A stretch of 64,000 nt of DNA. Origin: Psammoneis japonica. Taxonomy: Eukaryota. Position numbers and translations under genes: made by a program. Below the pieces are notes generated by a model. That model was not told the DNA's origin, made no database searches, and saw nothing but the letters and a program-made list of their open reading frames with translations. Positions 26,733 through 39,618 of this stretch are shown here, piece after piece. The DNA lies in assembly GCA_008632985.1 (NCBI GenBank), contig QPGO01000082.1, forward strand, positions 1-64,000. The letters are read 5' to 3'. The stretch's first letter is position 1, and each line of letters begins with the position of its first letter.

Positions 26733-27887
26733 TTAATTATACTTTGTCCAATATCCAGTTTGGGAGTTGTACGCTTCAAAACATGATTCAAGATGGAGCC
26801 TCTCCCCGGCCTTTGGATGATGGGGTTGTGTTAAACATGTAGTGTTGTCTCTCACGGGACGAATATCAAACTTGGTTTGTGCGAATCCATTTGGTTCACC
26901 AGGAACCCATCTTTGTTTCACTTTGAATCTGTTGCACGGTTGTAGCCTTACCGTAGTTCTATTACTTGTTTCCCTCCCAGATCTTGACATCATGCATTGA
27001 TCCGTACCACTCAGCTTGATTTGGTCACCGTCAATGTTCATGTCGGGGTGAGAGACGAATTCCCAAACAGTTGTGATGTTTGCGCACTCATCAATGAAGA
27101 GATCGTCTCCACTGTAGGTTATGCAGAAGAATTCTTCATCTTCCATCCCTTGCCACAAGAATCCTTCCTCCCAGTGGAGTCTGAACTTTTTCGATTCAGC
27201 AGTAGGCGCCATAGTGCTGGTTGGCGTATCCGATGGGGCCGCCGATGGTGTCATGGATGGTTGCATTGTCGGTGAAGTAGTTGGTGGGGAGGTTGGCTTG
27301 AGCGTTGGTGCGGAGGTCTCGATGGGGATCAAAATCTTGTTGAGGTCGCCTGAGGATATACCTTCTACTTCAAATTCCCAAAGAGCATAGCCACGGCTAG
27401 TGACGCCCCTTCGAACGCCCTCCATACGAACATACCTCGCTGATGTTCGCGGAGGGAGTTTAATCTCATCGAGCCCGCCTTTACGGCTTCTAAGGTATCG
27501 CTTCGTGTCCCAATTGACCGCATCGTTCGAGATTTGAATCTTGTACGTACTCCCATATCCTCTGCCGCCACCCCAATACAAATTCACTTGCGAAATAGGA
27601 TACACAAATCCCAAGTCAACGTAGATCCACTCTTTGTTTCGTTTCTTACTTTCCCAAAACGTATTTCTGTCTCCGTCAACAGCATTAGTCTCTTGAGATC
27701 TTCTTCTATATGATGATGCATGTATTGCGTAAGGGATGATGGTCGAAGTGGCCTGTAGCAGGTTTCGTCGAAGCAGCGGCTCATCGTTTAAATCTTTCTG
27801 TACTTCCTCTCTAGATTCCGCACGACTAAACACTAAAGAGGCCGCACCCATGACGGCCAACCGTGCCAAAATGGGGACAAGTCTCAT
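26733..27887 (-). CDS. Secreted protein: F5/8 type C (discoidin/CBM32) domain, P/T/S linker and ricin-B-lectin-like domain
   Basis: Signal peptide; NAVDGDRNTFWES, EWIYVDLG, YKIQISNDAVNW, ARYVRMEG, YALWEFEV. C-terminal Cys-spaced domain with LQPC...QRW. Confidence 0.82.
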   Translation of the reverse strand: MRLVPILARLAVMGAASLVFSRAESREEVQKDLNDEPLLRRNLLQATSTIIPYAIHASSYRRRSQETNAVDGDRNTFWESKKRNKEWIYVDLGFVYPISQVNLYWGGGRGYGSTYKIQISNDAVNWDTKRYLRSRKGGLDEIKLPPRTSARYVRMEGVRRGVTSRGYALWEFEVEGISSGDLNKILIPIETSAPTLKPTSPPTTSPTMQPSMTPSAAPSDTPTSTMAPTAESKKFRLHWEEGFLWQGMEDEEFFCITYSGDDLFIDECANITTVWEFVSHPDMNIDGDQIKLSGTDQCMMSRSGRETSNRTTVRLQPCNRFKVKQRWVPGEPNGFAQTKFDIRPVRDNTTCLTQPHHPKAGERLHLESCFEAYNSQTGYWTKYN

Positions 27888-28888
27888 GGTTTCCTCTCTT
27901 GTACAAGGGATCTCGTTTGAGACCAACGGCTCTTAGAGCCACGTTGTACCTGGAACTTTTTCAACACGAAGTTAATGCGTCCAGGCATTCTTCGAGTAAG
28001 AAAACGTTTTGTTTACTTCCCTGCCAACCAATAGTACGACTCAGCATTATTGTTTTTGTTGACACTTTTGTGAGGGGAAACCCAAAATTGTTTTCTTGTC
28101 CAGTCCCGTCGACGCGGTTTGAATAATTTCGAAAATGTCGAGGGAGAAAATGAAGTTAAAAATATCAGAATATGCATGTGCCACATAATATTATATTACA
28201 GTATATTCTCACGACAAAATCGTGGATCGGACAGAATGCAAATGTCTTTGCCACCAATGTCACGAATGCGCGACTCGAGCAAAAAAACGCGAATTGGCTT
28301 TCCATGCAGAGCATCATGATCTGATTTGGATTCTTCCAGATTTATTTCAGATTTCAGTCACGCAGGAACGATTAGTAAAGTATGCCAGTCAGTGCGTACG
28401 GTAGGTGATCTGCTGTCTCTCACTTGGGTTTTAGATAACCAAGTTGGAAATAGCCTATTGGTGCGCAATGACTGGACTCACCGGGCTTATGCTCACTCCG
28501 GAACCAAGGCGTAACTAGTCTCAATGCTACAGTGTCTCTGGGTACAGAAGTCATGTTTCGTAGCATGGATTCGCTGTTAACCTAACTCATCATCGCTATT
28601 GATACAAACTCGGATCCCTCCTTGCACATGAACATGGCGAAAACAGCCATTACAGATTCTCCACGCGTTTTTAGAAAATTGACACGATGGGCCGTCCAAC
28701 TCAGCGCCAGCGCCACAGTCTACGGTACAGTACGTCTGGATACCACCAATAGTGTGACAATGCTTTTCAAGCTTTAGGTTCACGTGCTTTTTTAGAAAAA
28801 GACGTCCTGCCTGCCTGTTTCGCTTTTTCAACTTGTACACCTTCAAATCGCCACACAACGCCACACTACCATACCTTCGTCGCGTTCC

Positions 28889-29917
28889 TCAATTCTGGGG
28901 AGTCTCGAAAAGACCTGCAACGCGATAGAATCGAGTCTGATCGGCAGAGTTTTCAGAACCAATCGAGCTGACGGAGCCTGTAGTGTTGTCATTCACGTCG
29001 TCGTTTACATAACGTACGTAGTACGTTCCTTTGTCGCTGTCTGAGCTTTGGTCGGAAGGATGATTTTCAACCGACGAGTCTGCCGAGCTTCCTGATTCAA
29101 CGTCCCGACAAAGCGACTGCTTTGGTGGCACAAGAATGATTCCGCGCTTTTCAGAATAGATCGCGTGCTTTCCTACTTTGTCTCCGATTTTGAAAGTGAC
29201 GACGGCGCAAGGAAACAACATAAATGTACCCAACAAAAAGAATAGCCAACCCTTTGTCTGCTGGTTTTGTGGCAGGCGTAAAACACACAGCGCTCCAGCT
29301 AACAGAGATAATGCCACCAAAACTCCGCCAAATAGCAGTTCAAAAGATCTGCGCCGACTTTTCTCTTGGGATTGAACTCTCTCCTCTTCCTCCAACGTTT
29401 GGCAATGCTTCTTGATGATGACTGCTGATTTGTGGTCATCCGGCAAAACCAATAACAAAACATTTGCAAATCCACGTTGCAAAGGCGACTTTGTTTCAAA
29501 CTCTTTGCGAATAAAAATGCGCTTTGGGACATTGAACACGTCTGGCTCGATTATGTAATCCACCAGGGCAAGGCTGGTCATCTGGCCATTCGCATTCGCT
29601 CTGTTCGTGATTTCCAGCACGTTTCCCCAAACACGTACACCTTCGTTTTTGTATCGCCGCATTTTCGCCCTGTTGTCTTGTGTATAAACAATCCATAACA
29701 GCCACAAGAACCCAAACAGAAGGCAGAGCCACATTTCATCTAGAGAAGTGGTGTGGTCGTCAGATTCTTTCGTAGTATCTAGTTGACGATATGAACGCCA
29801 CGGTCTGAGATGATCATGCGTGGAATCTTGTGAGGAGGCGATGGCTATCAGATGCCCAAGCAGTATTGACTTCATTGTTATTATGGATCCTCGATGCACT
29901 GAACACAGAATGCTCAC
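28889..29917 (-). CDS. Hypothetical membrane protein (signal peptide plus ~3 TM segments)
   Basis: 342 aa ORF with hydrophobic segments. Probable ATG at 29875. Confidence 0.7.
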   Translation of the reverse strand: MSILCSVHRGSIITMKSILLGHLIAIASSQDSTHDHLRPWRSYRQLDTTKESDDHTTSLDEMWLCLLFGFLWLLWIVYTQDNRAKMRRYKNEGVRVWGNVLEITNRANANGQMTSLALVDYIIEPDVFNVPKRIFIRKEFETKSPLQRGFANVLLLVLPDDHKSAVIIKKHCQTLEEEERVQSQEKSRRRSFELLFGGVLVALSLLAGALCVLRLPQNQQTKGWLFFLLGTFMLFPCAVVTFKIGDKVGKHAIYSEKRGIILVPPKQSLCRDVESGSSADSSVENHPSDQSSDSDKGTYYVRYVNDDVNDNTTGSVSSIGSENSADQTRFYRVAGLFETPQN

Positions 29918-30213
29918 AAGCTAATCCGCTTCTGTACCGGTAATGGGAAAATTGGACCGTCGGTTTATTAGCTCGCCAAAAGTGTCATAATTTTCTTCGC
30001 TATCTTCTCAATCTGTCTGTTCTTCGCTCCAGCTCGAGGCGATCGCGAACAGAACTTCAACTTCGAAACAACCGGTACCACGCACGAAGACCACGGCAGA
30101 GTGATGTGAGTGCGGAGAAAATGGACGGCGAATTCGAATGCAGGCGTGATGGAAAGCATTCGCGGTGAAGAACTCTATTCGTCGGTCTCTTCTTTGACCC
30201 AAAGAAGTTTACA

Positions 30214-32425
30214 ATGACGAAGCGTTGTATGCTTCAGCTTTCATGCTGTACTGTTATTTTTCCTTTTGAGCATCGCCGCTGTCGACGCGTTTTCTCACTG
30301 CCATCTACTGTCTCGACAAAGATGGCGTTTCCTTGGCGCACAGAGGCGAGAAACGTCCGCTGGACAGCACGGCTACGCAACATCATTGTTTCTTACAAAG
30401 CTTGAGAGTCAACCAAGCCGCAATAGCTATTGGGCTGAAGAGTCTAAGACAGGATACACCGATCAGTCATACCTCAGGTATGGAAATAGACAAAGCAAAC
30501 AAGTGCCGCAGAAGTTTGAAATGGCTCCAAGATTACGAAAGATGCTCTACATCCTTACGGCAAGCCTTTTTTTGTCGGCTAGAAAAGCGGTTGCTGCGTC
30601 GACTGCTGCTCTTGCCCTGCCGCCCAGGCTTCGCGCAAAGAAATATGTGATGAAAATTGTGCATGCGGCGTTTCTCGTCGTCGTTGCAGCAAATGTGGCA
30701 CAGGCCGTAAGAGTTCATCGTAGACAAAGAAGAGATGCGACGTCGGAGTGGGGCCGATATGCTGCTCATCCTGCAGCCAGAGGAAGGGCGGTGATGAACC
30801 TGGCTGTGAAGCTGTTGCCGTTTTGGATTGCAGACAAGATGTTGTTTCTGTTTCCTGCAAAGCAGAAAGCTATCAGAGTTGCAAGCGGTGATCTATTCTC
30901 ACGGAATCTGTTACGGTTGGGTCCGCTTTATATTAAAATTGGACAAATTCTTAGCTGTCGTGATAAGCTGCTTCCCGAAGAATGGAAGGAAGGTTTAGCT
31001 GTGCTGCAAGATCGGGTACCAGCCAGATCGGGTCAGGAGGCTCTGGAGTTGGCGTACGGTGCTGTCGGCTCACGGGAGAGATTCCACGAATTGTTCACAG
31101 ATTTTGATACAACACCATTGGCAGCTGCTAGTCTAGGGCAAGTTCACAAGGCTGTGTTACGACGCGACAACACAACAGTTGCGGTGAAAGTGCAGCGAGC
31201 GTTTTTGCGTGAAATATACGATCAAGATCTTAATCTCCTTCGTGGAATTTCTAAATTTGCAGACAACGTTGGAAAGCGTTCACGAGTTGGTGGGGTAGAT
31301 CAGTCATGGAGTGATATCTTTTCCGATACAGAGGCCATTCTATATCGTGAAATAGACTATCGCGATGAGGCTTCCAACGGCATCAGGTTCGCTCAAGACT
31401 TTGGTCTCGGCTATGGCGGGGCTGAAACGGAGGTAATGGCTAGGTCTCTTGACGACACCGGCACGCTTCCTAGTGCTGCGGAATGGTTGAGAGCGCCGTA
31501 TGTCTATCAAGATCTGTCTTCTGAAAAAATTTTAATAATGGAGTTTGTCTCCTCCATTAAGATCACGGACACGGCCAAGCTGGAAGCTGCGAAAGTAACA
31601 GCGGAAGACAAGGAGCATTTGGCCGATTCCTTGGCACGTGCTTACTTGCGTCAGTTTTGCGTCCACGGCTTCTTTTCAACAGACCCACATCCAGGTACGT
31701 TTGTCCTTATAGATGATTTGGCTGCCTCTAGAGAGCAAGGAGGATTCTCACACGTTTCGCACGTCGCTGTAGGGAACTTGGGCGTCGAAGTTTTTGATCA
31801 TGACTCTTCGCTGGCGAAACGGCGGCCTAGAATTGTATTCTACGACTTTGGCCAAGTGGCTTCTCTCACCTCAGATCAATCAGAGGGGGTTCTAGACGTA
31901 ATCGAAGCCACTATTGACATGGATGCCTCGAGATGTGTGTCTGCATTTCAAAAAATGGGCGTGCTAAAAGACGACGCAGACCTAGACAAGGTCTTGGCAA
32001 AGGTCAAGGACAACTTTGAAACCGGCAAGATCAAAGTCAAGGGAAAGAAGCTAAAAAAGAAAGGAATCAAATTGAATGAGTTTAACAGCACAGGTACAAG
32101 TAAAATGACGAAAGAATCTGACTCAGAGGTAATGTCGTTCTTCACTCTTCCCGCTGAATACGCCTTTGTCGCTCGAGCTGTATCACAAATGGACGGTGTT
32201 GGTAAGAGTCTTGATCCAGATTTTGACTTCATTTCCTCTGCAGCTCCGTATCTTGTGGAAGCTAAGGGAGCAAAGTCTTACCTGAAAGATGAATTGTCCA
32301 AGAGTTGGTCAAAGTTTCTTTCCACGGTGCAGAGCAAAATTCCAACCGTGGATGTGGTCAATGAAGGATTTGAGAAGCAGGCATCGTTTCAGAACACAAC
32401 AGATGCATCGTATGTGAAAATGTAA
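30214..32425 (+). CDS. ABC1/UbiB atypical kinase, probably plastid-targeted
   Basis: LGPLYIKIGQILS, PLAAASLGQVHKA, VAVKVQR, EIDYRDEA, DPHPG|NL (78 bp in-frame intron 31695-31772), YDFG. The ATG at 30214 joins a VDA-F presequence if one T is removed from the run at ~30257-30261. Confidence 0.9.
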
Positions 32426-32934
32426 GATGTACAAAGTACCGGTACACAAGAAGGAACCCGAGAGGTACTCGAGCAGCTTTTTGAAGCTGTTGGTCAGAAG
32501 GAGATGTCTCAAGAGCAGGCAATGGGCACACACGTAGGTTGTTTTAGAATTGCCGTGGTGAGACCCTTTCACTAAGCCCTAAACACATAGGAGAATTCAT
32601 AAGTTTTACATTCAGCGGAGCCGCTCTCATTGAACTACAGTAACTAGAGAAGCTCCCTTCGTGTTCTCCGCAGCCGCCGGGATGCAAAGGGCGAAACCTT
32701 CTTGTACTGTACGACGGAACCCCCTACGCTACCGCAGGACGCATCCGGAAAATTTCGGAGTGATGGATGTGCAATCGAGCCTTGCTATCGTGGAAAACGC
32801 TGCACCAAAGGCGGTGCTACTCTACTACATTTAGTCACCAAAAGTTACGCCGATGTCGCTCTACACAAATGTACACACTACACAAATATGGTAACAATCC
32901 CACTTTCCTCCGATCCAAGTTTCGCATCGTATGC

Positions 32935-33874
32935 CTATTTTGCACCTGCCGACGCCTGAAGGAACGATTTCCCAACCTGTCGTTGTAGGTTGGCAACAGT
33001 CGCCGGATCATGCTCCAAGATGAGTGAGTTGGCCCCGACACTGCTGAGAGTGTCAAAGTACTGGCTAAGGAGGAGAATATCCATGACGTCCTTTGGACTC
33101 GCGCCTTCGACTTCCTCGGAGAACTCAGAAACAGAAGACTGCAGTCCCTGTACAATGGCCTTGCGCTGACGGGCCACACCCAAACCACTCAGATAGCGTG
33201 CTTCTGCCTCTGCTTCGGCATTTTTGACTTGCTTGACTTTGTCTGCCTCGGCCTTGTGAGACGCAGCCTCCTTGAGACGCTTGCTGGCGTTGATCTCGTT
33301 CATGCTGGCTTTGACGCGAGAGTCAGGCGCCAGGTCAGTAACGAGAGTTGTAAGGATCTATCACGTTATTGAATGTGGTAGAAAACGTTAGAATACGGAG
33401 CGCTGAAGGGTATTTTTCGCGTTGTGATTCCACAAGTGTGCTTACCTCGTATCCATAATCCTCCATAACCTCCTGAAGCTGCTGGAGCGTGGCTTGAGCA
33501 ATGTCTGCTTTCGACGCAAAGGCTTCATCGAGCTCCATCTTGGGCACTGTGGACCTTACCACGTCGAAAACATACGACTGAATCTGACCTCTGGGATCCG
33601 ACAATCGGTAGTAGGCGTTATATGCACCATCAACCAGCACGCGGTACTGAACAGCGACCGCCACTTGCACAAAAACATTATCCTTGGTCTTCGTTTCACA
33701 AATAACGTCCAGCTGTTGAATTCGCAAACTCAGCCGACCTACTATGTTTGTCAGAGGCCAACATAGGCAGTGAAAGCCCGGCTCCAACAGATCCTTGAAC
33801 TGACCCAAGTCTTCCACGACACCAAGCTCCTGTGTGCGAACGCACTGCATGCAGCAACAACCCATGTCCGCCAT
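32935..33874 (-). CDS. Band 7/SPFH-domain protein (hypersensitive-induced-response/HIR-like); 2 exons
   Basis: MGCCC start, CETKTKDNVFV, YVFDVVRSTVP, YGYE|ILTTLVTD (intron 33358-33445), AEAEAEARYLSGLGVARQRKAI, SQYFDTL. Confidence 0.92.
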
Positions 33875-34200
33875 CTTGACTAATACAGCAACGATGTTCA
33901 ATGAGAAGCACGAGCAACGAGGTGATGTCTGGTGTTGTGTGTCGTGTTGCGGGATGCGGGATGGTTCGGTCCTGAATCTATCTGCGCGGGACTCCACAGC
34001 GGGCGTAGAATGCACGTGAAATGTGTACGAAGGCATCACGCGATCTTTTTTCATGATCACCTTCGACACCGGTCCACCATGGCGGTCTCCTGTAGAAATT
34101 GGTACAACAACTGCGTACGTTGATGGTACTCATCCGCCTTCCACCCCAAGGGTTTGATGGCATACGATGAATATGCAGTTTCATTATAATATAACATAGA

Positions 34201-36685
34201 CTACAGAGAAACACAACTACTTGATGACTTCCTAGCACCAACCCTGGAGAACTGTTGTTCTAACCAGTCCTGACATTCTTGCTGGACTCGTCGAGCCTCC
34301 GGGAAACCCGCTGTGCACAAGCCCCAATAAGCGTGAGGCATGTGATTTGCTGCCCTCAAGTCTGACTCTAGACCCAGTCTCATCAATCTTGTGTTGAATG
34401 TCACAGAGTCATCCAACAGTGGTCCTTCGGAACTGGCAAAGATTAAGGTGGGTGGGAAGCACTGCAGTACATCATCCGAGGCGTAAAGCGGAGATACCAA
34501 GGGGTCTTCTTTCTTCACTCCCAAGCTGGGAGGAAGATAGGCATCTGATATTGTTGAAAGTAACCCTCTGGGTAGAACGGGGTCGCTCTCTCCCGATACT
34601 CTAGAAGGTGACAGCTCCATCGTCAGGTCCAATGCAGGACAGGAAAGCATAACGGCATCGGGAAGCCTACTGACCGGCACAAACTGATAACTATCAGAGT
34701 CTGTCTCAATCAAATTGGCCTCGCTTTCAGTCACATTTGTACCCTGTGCTTCTTGAAGTCCTGCTTGACACGTTGAATCTCCTTGGCCAACTTGGCCACA
34801 AAGCTTTACACATAGCGCTGTTGCCAAGTTTCCACCAGTGGACTCTCCTGTCAGGACTATTCCATCCACACGAAAGTCTAACAAAGATGCAGCCTTTCCG
34901 CCAACGAGCTCATTGTACACTCCCATGACTTCATTCAGTGCCACCGGATATGTATGCTCAGGAAGCAGAGAGTATTCTGGGCAGATCACAACAGCGCCCG
35001 TCCGAGCACTCCAGTCAAGAAGAAATGGTATATCACTGGCAATCGTGTGCGCAAAGAAACCTCCAGCAGTAACATGAAGAATCACATTTCTCTTTGTGTA
35101 CTTTGAAAGCTCTTCCATCCAGGGTCCTGGACTCTCTGGTCTCTCGTCAATCGTTTCAAGGTTGGAAAAGCTGCGTTTCTTTTGACGATGGAATCTCTTC
35201 AAAGCAATCGCCAACTCTGATGCACAAACAGTCACAGTAGTGAGAAAATACAACGAATTACAGGACAAGCTCCACTTATCAGATATCCTTTGATGCTTAC
35301 CTGGAAAAGGATCCCGGCACAGAATAAAGCAAGAAACCCCGCAAATGTCAATTCTACTTGCCACCGCAGCTCGCTTCGCGAAACGCGACGCCTGCAATGA
35401 AATCTGTTTGACTGATGGTAGCGACACCAATCCCCAAGCACTGCGAATCAGTTCATATGATTGAGAAGATACAGCTTCTGAAGCTCTTTTTGTTGGTCCA
35501 GCAACGGAGTAGTATGATGCAGCAGCCATTGTAGCTATCGGCATCGTCCAATTGCCACGCAGGGAACTCTTGCTTGACCCTCTTGTCACCTCGACTGCTG
35601 TACCTACCGCGGCGTAGAGCAGATCCATTGTCCGTTTGATGAGCATGAAGCGAATTTCAGAAAAGGAACCCCAACCAGACACCTGCAAGATACAATAGTT
35701 TGTGATGGAATGAGAGGGATATTCTTTTTGCGCTATGAAAGACGAAGAATGTCGTTTGACTTACCGGCTGCTGATGATTCATGGTGTACTCTATAAGACG
35801 TTGTGATGTGTTGTTGTTGTACGTTTCTGAGGCAGAATCTGATGAATCTTCGCTAGGGCGTCGTGATGACTGAACACTTTGAATAAGAATCCATTGCTGT
35901 GTCCAGTCCAAGACAGAGTCTGTGCTCTTTGCAAGCTTTGACGACATCCACAACTTGCGACATCCAGCTGTTGCCAATCCCGCCGTGAATGTCACACCGG
36001 CTGCTTTTCCTGTTGTACTGATTACTGTGACAAGTTCTTTTCTTTTTGTTGGTTCCCTTCTCGTTAGGAACCAAGTCGTGCAACCAGCCCACGCGATAAG
36101 AGCCATTGCTGTAGACGTTCTTGACCGACGCCTGCTGATGACTAGATATGCATCTTCAATTCGAACAAGACAGAGCTGTAGTATGACGTTCAATCGAAAT
36201 AGTAGCGTGTCAGTTGTGCTCCGTGACTGGAAATACTGAACTGGTCTAGAGCGGTTATAGGGGGGACTTGGCGATGTCTCAATACGAACGGCATTTCCAG
36301 AGGAAAGCGTACTGATCGGGGGTTCATCGTTTCCATTAGAGTGTTCCTGTTCCGAGGCTTGCGCCCACACCATTTCCTCTGTAGGATTCTGCGGGTTTGC
36401 AATCGATCGTATCGCATCGACGACGTCCTGAAGGGTGCCTACATAGTTCCGTTGTCTAGACGGGTGTTGAAGCTTCAACTCCAAAAGCTGAACAAGATGG
36501 TGACGAAGCAGTCGCTCTGCCTCCGCTAGCGCCGCTGCTAGCTCATAAAGTGGATTTTGATGATGTATACTTTCCAGTTCTATAGCATCTCGTAGGCGTG
36601 ATATGCACTTGTCCAGCAAGTCGGCCGCCTGTGGCATGACAAATGACGAGGAATGAGTTGAATGAGAAAATTGTGGAGGATCCAT
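34201..36685 (-). CDS. Hormone-sensitive-lipase-family alpha/beta hydrolase; probably 3 exons
   Basis: LHVTAGGFF, EYSLLPEHTYP, GESTGGNL nucleophile elbow, DPLVSP, PLLDDS, MPHAY. In-frame introns at 35683-35764 and 35217-35300. Start codon uncertain. Confidence 0.82.
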
Positions 36686-37496
36686 CCAGTTCAACGTCTC
36701 TGCAGCCGGACTGCCAAAGAAGAAACTTACATTCAGCGCGTGCTTCATTGTTTCGTAACAGCTTTCCTTCTTTTCGAATTGACAAGAGCTGCAAGTAGAC
36801 AAGTCAAGAAATTGACACGTTTCGTTGGCATCAATCCAGCATGTATGATTTGTTCTCAGAGAGATTACTTCAACACGACTTCATCCCGAAGGTGGTGTCA
36901 AAATTTCAAAAAAAGTCGCAGGGCCGGACGAAGGCCAGAAAATGTTGGGTTATGATTGCGGCTGGCTTGGCTATGACCACCTTGTCCTTGTTTAGTACAC
37001 GGTCGCTCCATTGTACAATGCTTCTAGCTAGAGAGAAGAGACTACTCTCTAGAGCCTACTACTTCTACTCTCTAGAGTAGAGAGTCTCTACTCTATCTAC
37101 TAGCTAGAGGAGTAGCCACTGCCCGGTTAGTAGGCCAAGGGTGCTGTAGGCACTGCTAACTAGAGAAGAGCCAGCTGGTAGAGTGTGAGAGCAAGCAGTA
37201 GCTACTGTAGAGGAAGGTGCTCGCTAACTAGAGAACGCTGTCTATAGAGAGTGGTGGTGTGAGACCTCTTGAAGCAGCAGTTCGGGCACACACACTTCCT
37301 GGCAGTCCAACTTACAGTGCCGATGCTTCTCTTCACTGGCAACAGGTACACCTTCACATTGAGTATGAACCGTCCGAATATGCTGTCATTTTTCGCAGAT
37401 GATTCTCTCAATTCAGATTCTCCAAGGGCAAGCAGCACACATCTGCAAGCTGACTCAATCATGCAAGAACAAATCGCTTTAACTACTTTATGTTGA

Positions 37497-39137
37497 CTAT
37501 GTTTGAACGTTAAAAAGCTTTGGCCCAAGCGGGGGCGAAGGTAGCAACGAATGCGGCTGCTCTGTCGAATGAATGCTCGACAAGGACCGCTCCACAATCT
37601 CCTCGTGACTCTTGACGAGCGGCGTCAGATCAAACTCAAACGGCCGCTCTCCAAAATTGCACGCCACGGGACAATTGGTATCAACTCCAATAGTGGGGTA
37701 CATGTCGTGGTGCTTGAGAAACTCGGGACAAATGTCGGTCCAGGCATATCCCAAGAATTCGCCGTTGAGTGTAAAAAATATGCCTCGGCAAACATAATCA
37801 ATCCCACATCCCACTGTATCACCCGGTCCATAACGAGGACCAAACCGACGGACCATTTCACCCGACGCATGGAAAATGCCACCGTCGTCTCCATGGTAAC
37901 CATAGGAAAAGGCATCCCATCCCGGCATTTTGGAATGCAAATGAAAGACGCCCGACGAGACCCCTACAGCAACACAGTCTCCATTGTAGGTGGGAGCTTG
38001 TGCCGGTCGGTGTAGAGCCGGTTCGTTCTCCTCGTCTCGTTCCAAAATGGACACTTCAAAGTAGGACACCATTCTGGGTGTCAAGTGCACCTCGAGCGGT
38101 CCATCCTTGTTGGCTCGAGTCACGTAGGGTGCCACAAAGGGCCGCCACCAGCCCGTGGAGGCAAAGTGTGAGTATCCACGAAACATGTCAAAGATGGAGT
38201 GCTTGCCATGAGGAACCATCATTCCGCCTTCCATGTACTTTGGCGGAAAGGCCCACTTGTTGGCAGGCATCTCGACAAGCTTGGGACTGGCCAAGGGTTT
38301 GTCGGAACGAATGCATCGATCGCCCGTGCCCACCGCACCGGTAAACTGAACCACGGGTACATCCTTGAGACGAAAACTCCGAAAGTGTGTCCTTGTTTCC
38401 GACGTTGCGTCCTGGTGATTCCATCGCGGGAGTCGAAAATGGCGAACCGAAGAAAAGAGTGTTTCGTCAATTCTCGTTGGTTGTGTTTCAGAAGCCATGC
38501 CCAGCAGCAGAGAGAGATTGGGTCCGAGACTACTCGAGTCATGATTCTCCAGTGCCGACGGAAGCTTAAAGTCGTCACAAAAGCGGGTATCCTTGAGGCT
38601 GTTCAACATGGGCCACTGATAATGACACCAGGAATTCCAGAGGTGTCGGCCTTCTCTAGAAAAGAGCAAACAACCTAATTCCTGACACGATAACGACAGC
38701 GCACGTGCATCGGACGGAGTCAAGAAAGACATGACTTGAAGCTTGACATCATCCATCACATCCATGAGCGAGGGAGACTTCTGAGTGGTGGCAGTATCAC
38801 CGATTTCAAAGTCATATGCCGGAACAACTTGAGGAAGAGGAGCTTGAGCAGGAGGAGTTTGCAGAGACATACCGGAGAAGGAAACATTCTTCCTGATAAA
38901 CGCAGAAGGATGCAAGTCATCGCGTACTCGCTTGCGTTTGGAAACTGGAGTGTCAAGAATATTGTGGCTGAAGCTCTCCACACTGGTACTCCGTTCCAAT
39001 GCGATCGACAGCGACGCAAAGGAAGGCGGACTTGACAGTTCATAACAAGTCTCGTAATCGCTGTCCGAGTCGTCAACGACCGCGGCTTCAAACGCGTCGT
39101 GATAGGCAAGTCTCTGACGGGATGTGACACGCTTCAT
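37497..39137 (-). CDS. F-box-like + SPRY-domain protein (RanBPM/Ssh4-type SPRY)
   Basis: YFEVSI, CVAVGV, MPGWDAFSYGYHGDDG, FGPRYGPGDTVGCGIDY, IFFTLNG, YPTIGVD, NFGERPFEFD. F-box-like DDVKLQVMSFL. Confidence 0.88.
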   Translation of the reverse strand: MKRVTSRQRLAYHDAFEAAVVDDSDSDYETCYELSSPPSFASLSIALERSTSVESFSHNILDTPVSKRKRVRDDLHPSAFIRKNVSFSGMSLQTPPAQAPLPQVVPAYDFEIGDTATTQKSPSLMDVMDDVKLQVMSFLTPSDARALSLSCQELGCLLFSREGRHLWNSWCHYQWPMLNSLKDTRFCDDFKLPSALENHDSSSLGPNLSLLLGMASETQPTRIDETLFSSVRHFRLPRWNHQDATSETRTHFRSFRLKDVPVVQFTGAVGTGDRCIRSDKPLASPKLVEMPANKWAFPPKYMEGGMMVPHGKHSIFDMFRGYSHFASTGWWRPFVAPYVTRANKDGPLEVHLTPRMVSYFEVSILERDEENEPALHRPAQAPTYNGDCVAVGVSSGVFHLHSKMPGWDAFSYGYHGDDGGIFHASGEMVRRFGPRYGPGDTVGCGIDYVCRGIFFTLNGEFLGYAWTDICPEFLKHHDMYPTIGVDTNCPVACNFGERPFEFDLTPLVKSHEEIVERSLSSIHSTEQPHSLLPSPPLGPKLFNVQT

Positions 39138-39500
39138 CGTTTCGTGGTGCTAAGAGGTGCCTTTCTGAGGTTGAATTGTGTTGTAGAATAGAAAACGCTC
39201 TTCTTTCTGGGAGACAGAAGTGATTGCGGTGACATGCTAAAGATTTTTGATGTTCTTTGCCTTCGCCGCGGCATTTTTTGGGCAAGAGTGTTCCCACAAT
39301 TTCGTAGAATTCTACATAGTTTTTAGTACCAGCAGATGGAAGCACACAAGCATCATTTTTATTCAGATCTGAATAATTAATTCATGTTCCCACCATTTTT
39401 ACTTATTCCACATTGAAGTCATGACGTATCGATATTCTCTTCTTCAGCCCGGGTGACACCGATCCAGCTGTCCGCGTAGAAGCCATACCAATTTCTACGC

Positions 39501-39618
39501 AAACACCCACCTTCTGCACCAGCTTTGCGCTCACATTTTCGCTTCGATCTTCTTGCACAAGCGGCATCAAACGCCCACCTTCTGCACCAGCTTCACGCTC
39601 ACATTTTCGCTTCTATCT
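39501..39618. repeat. Tandem duplication with ~68 bp period
   Basis: aaac(a/g)cccaccttctgcaccagctt...cgctcacattttcgcttc.atct occurs at 39501 and 39569. Confidence 0.75.
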
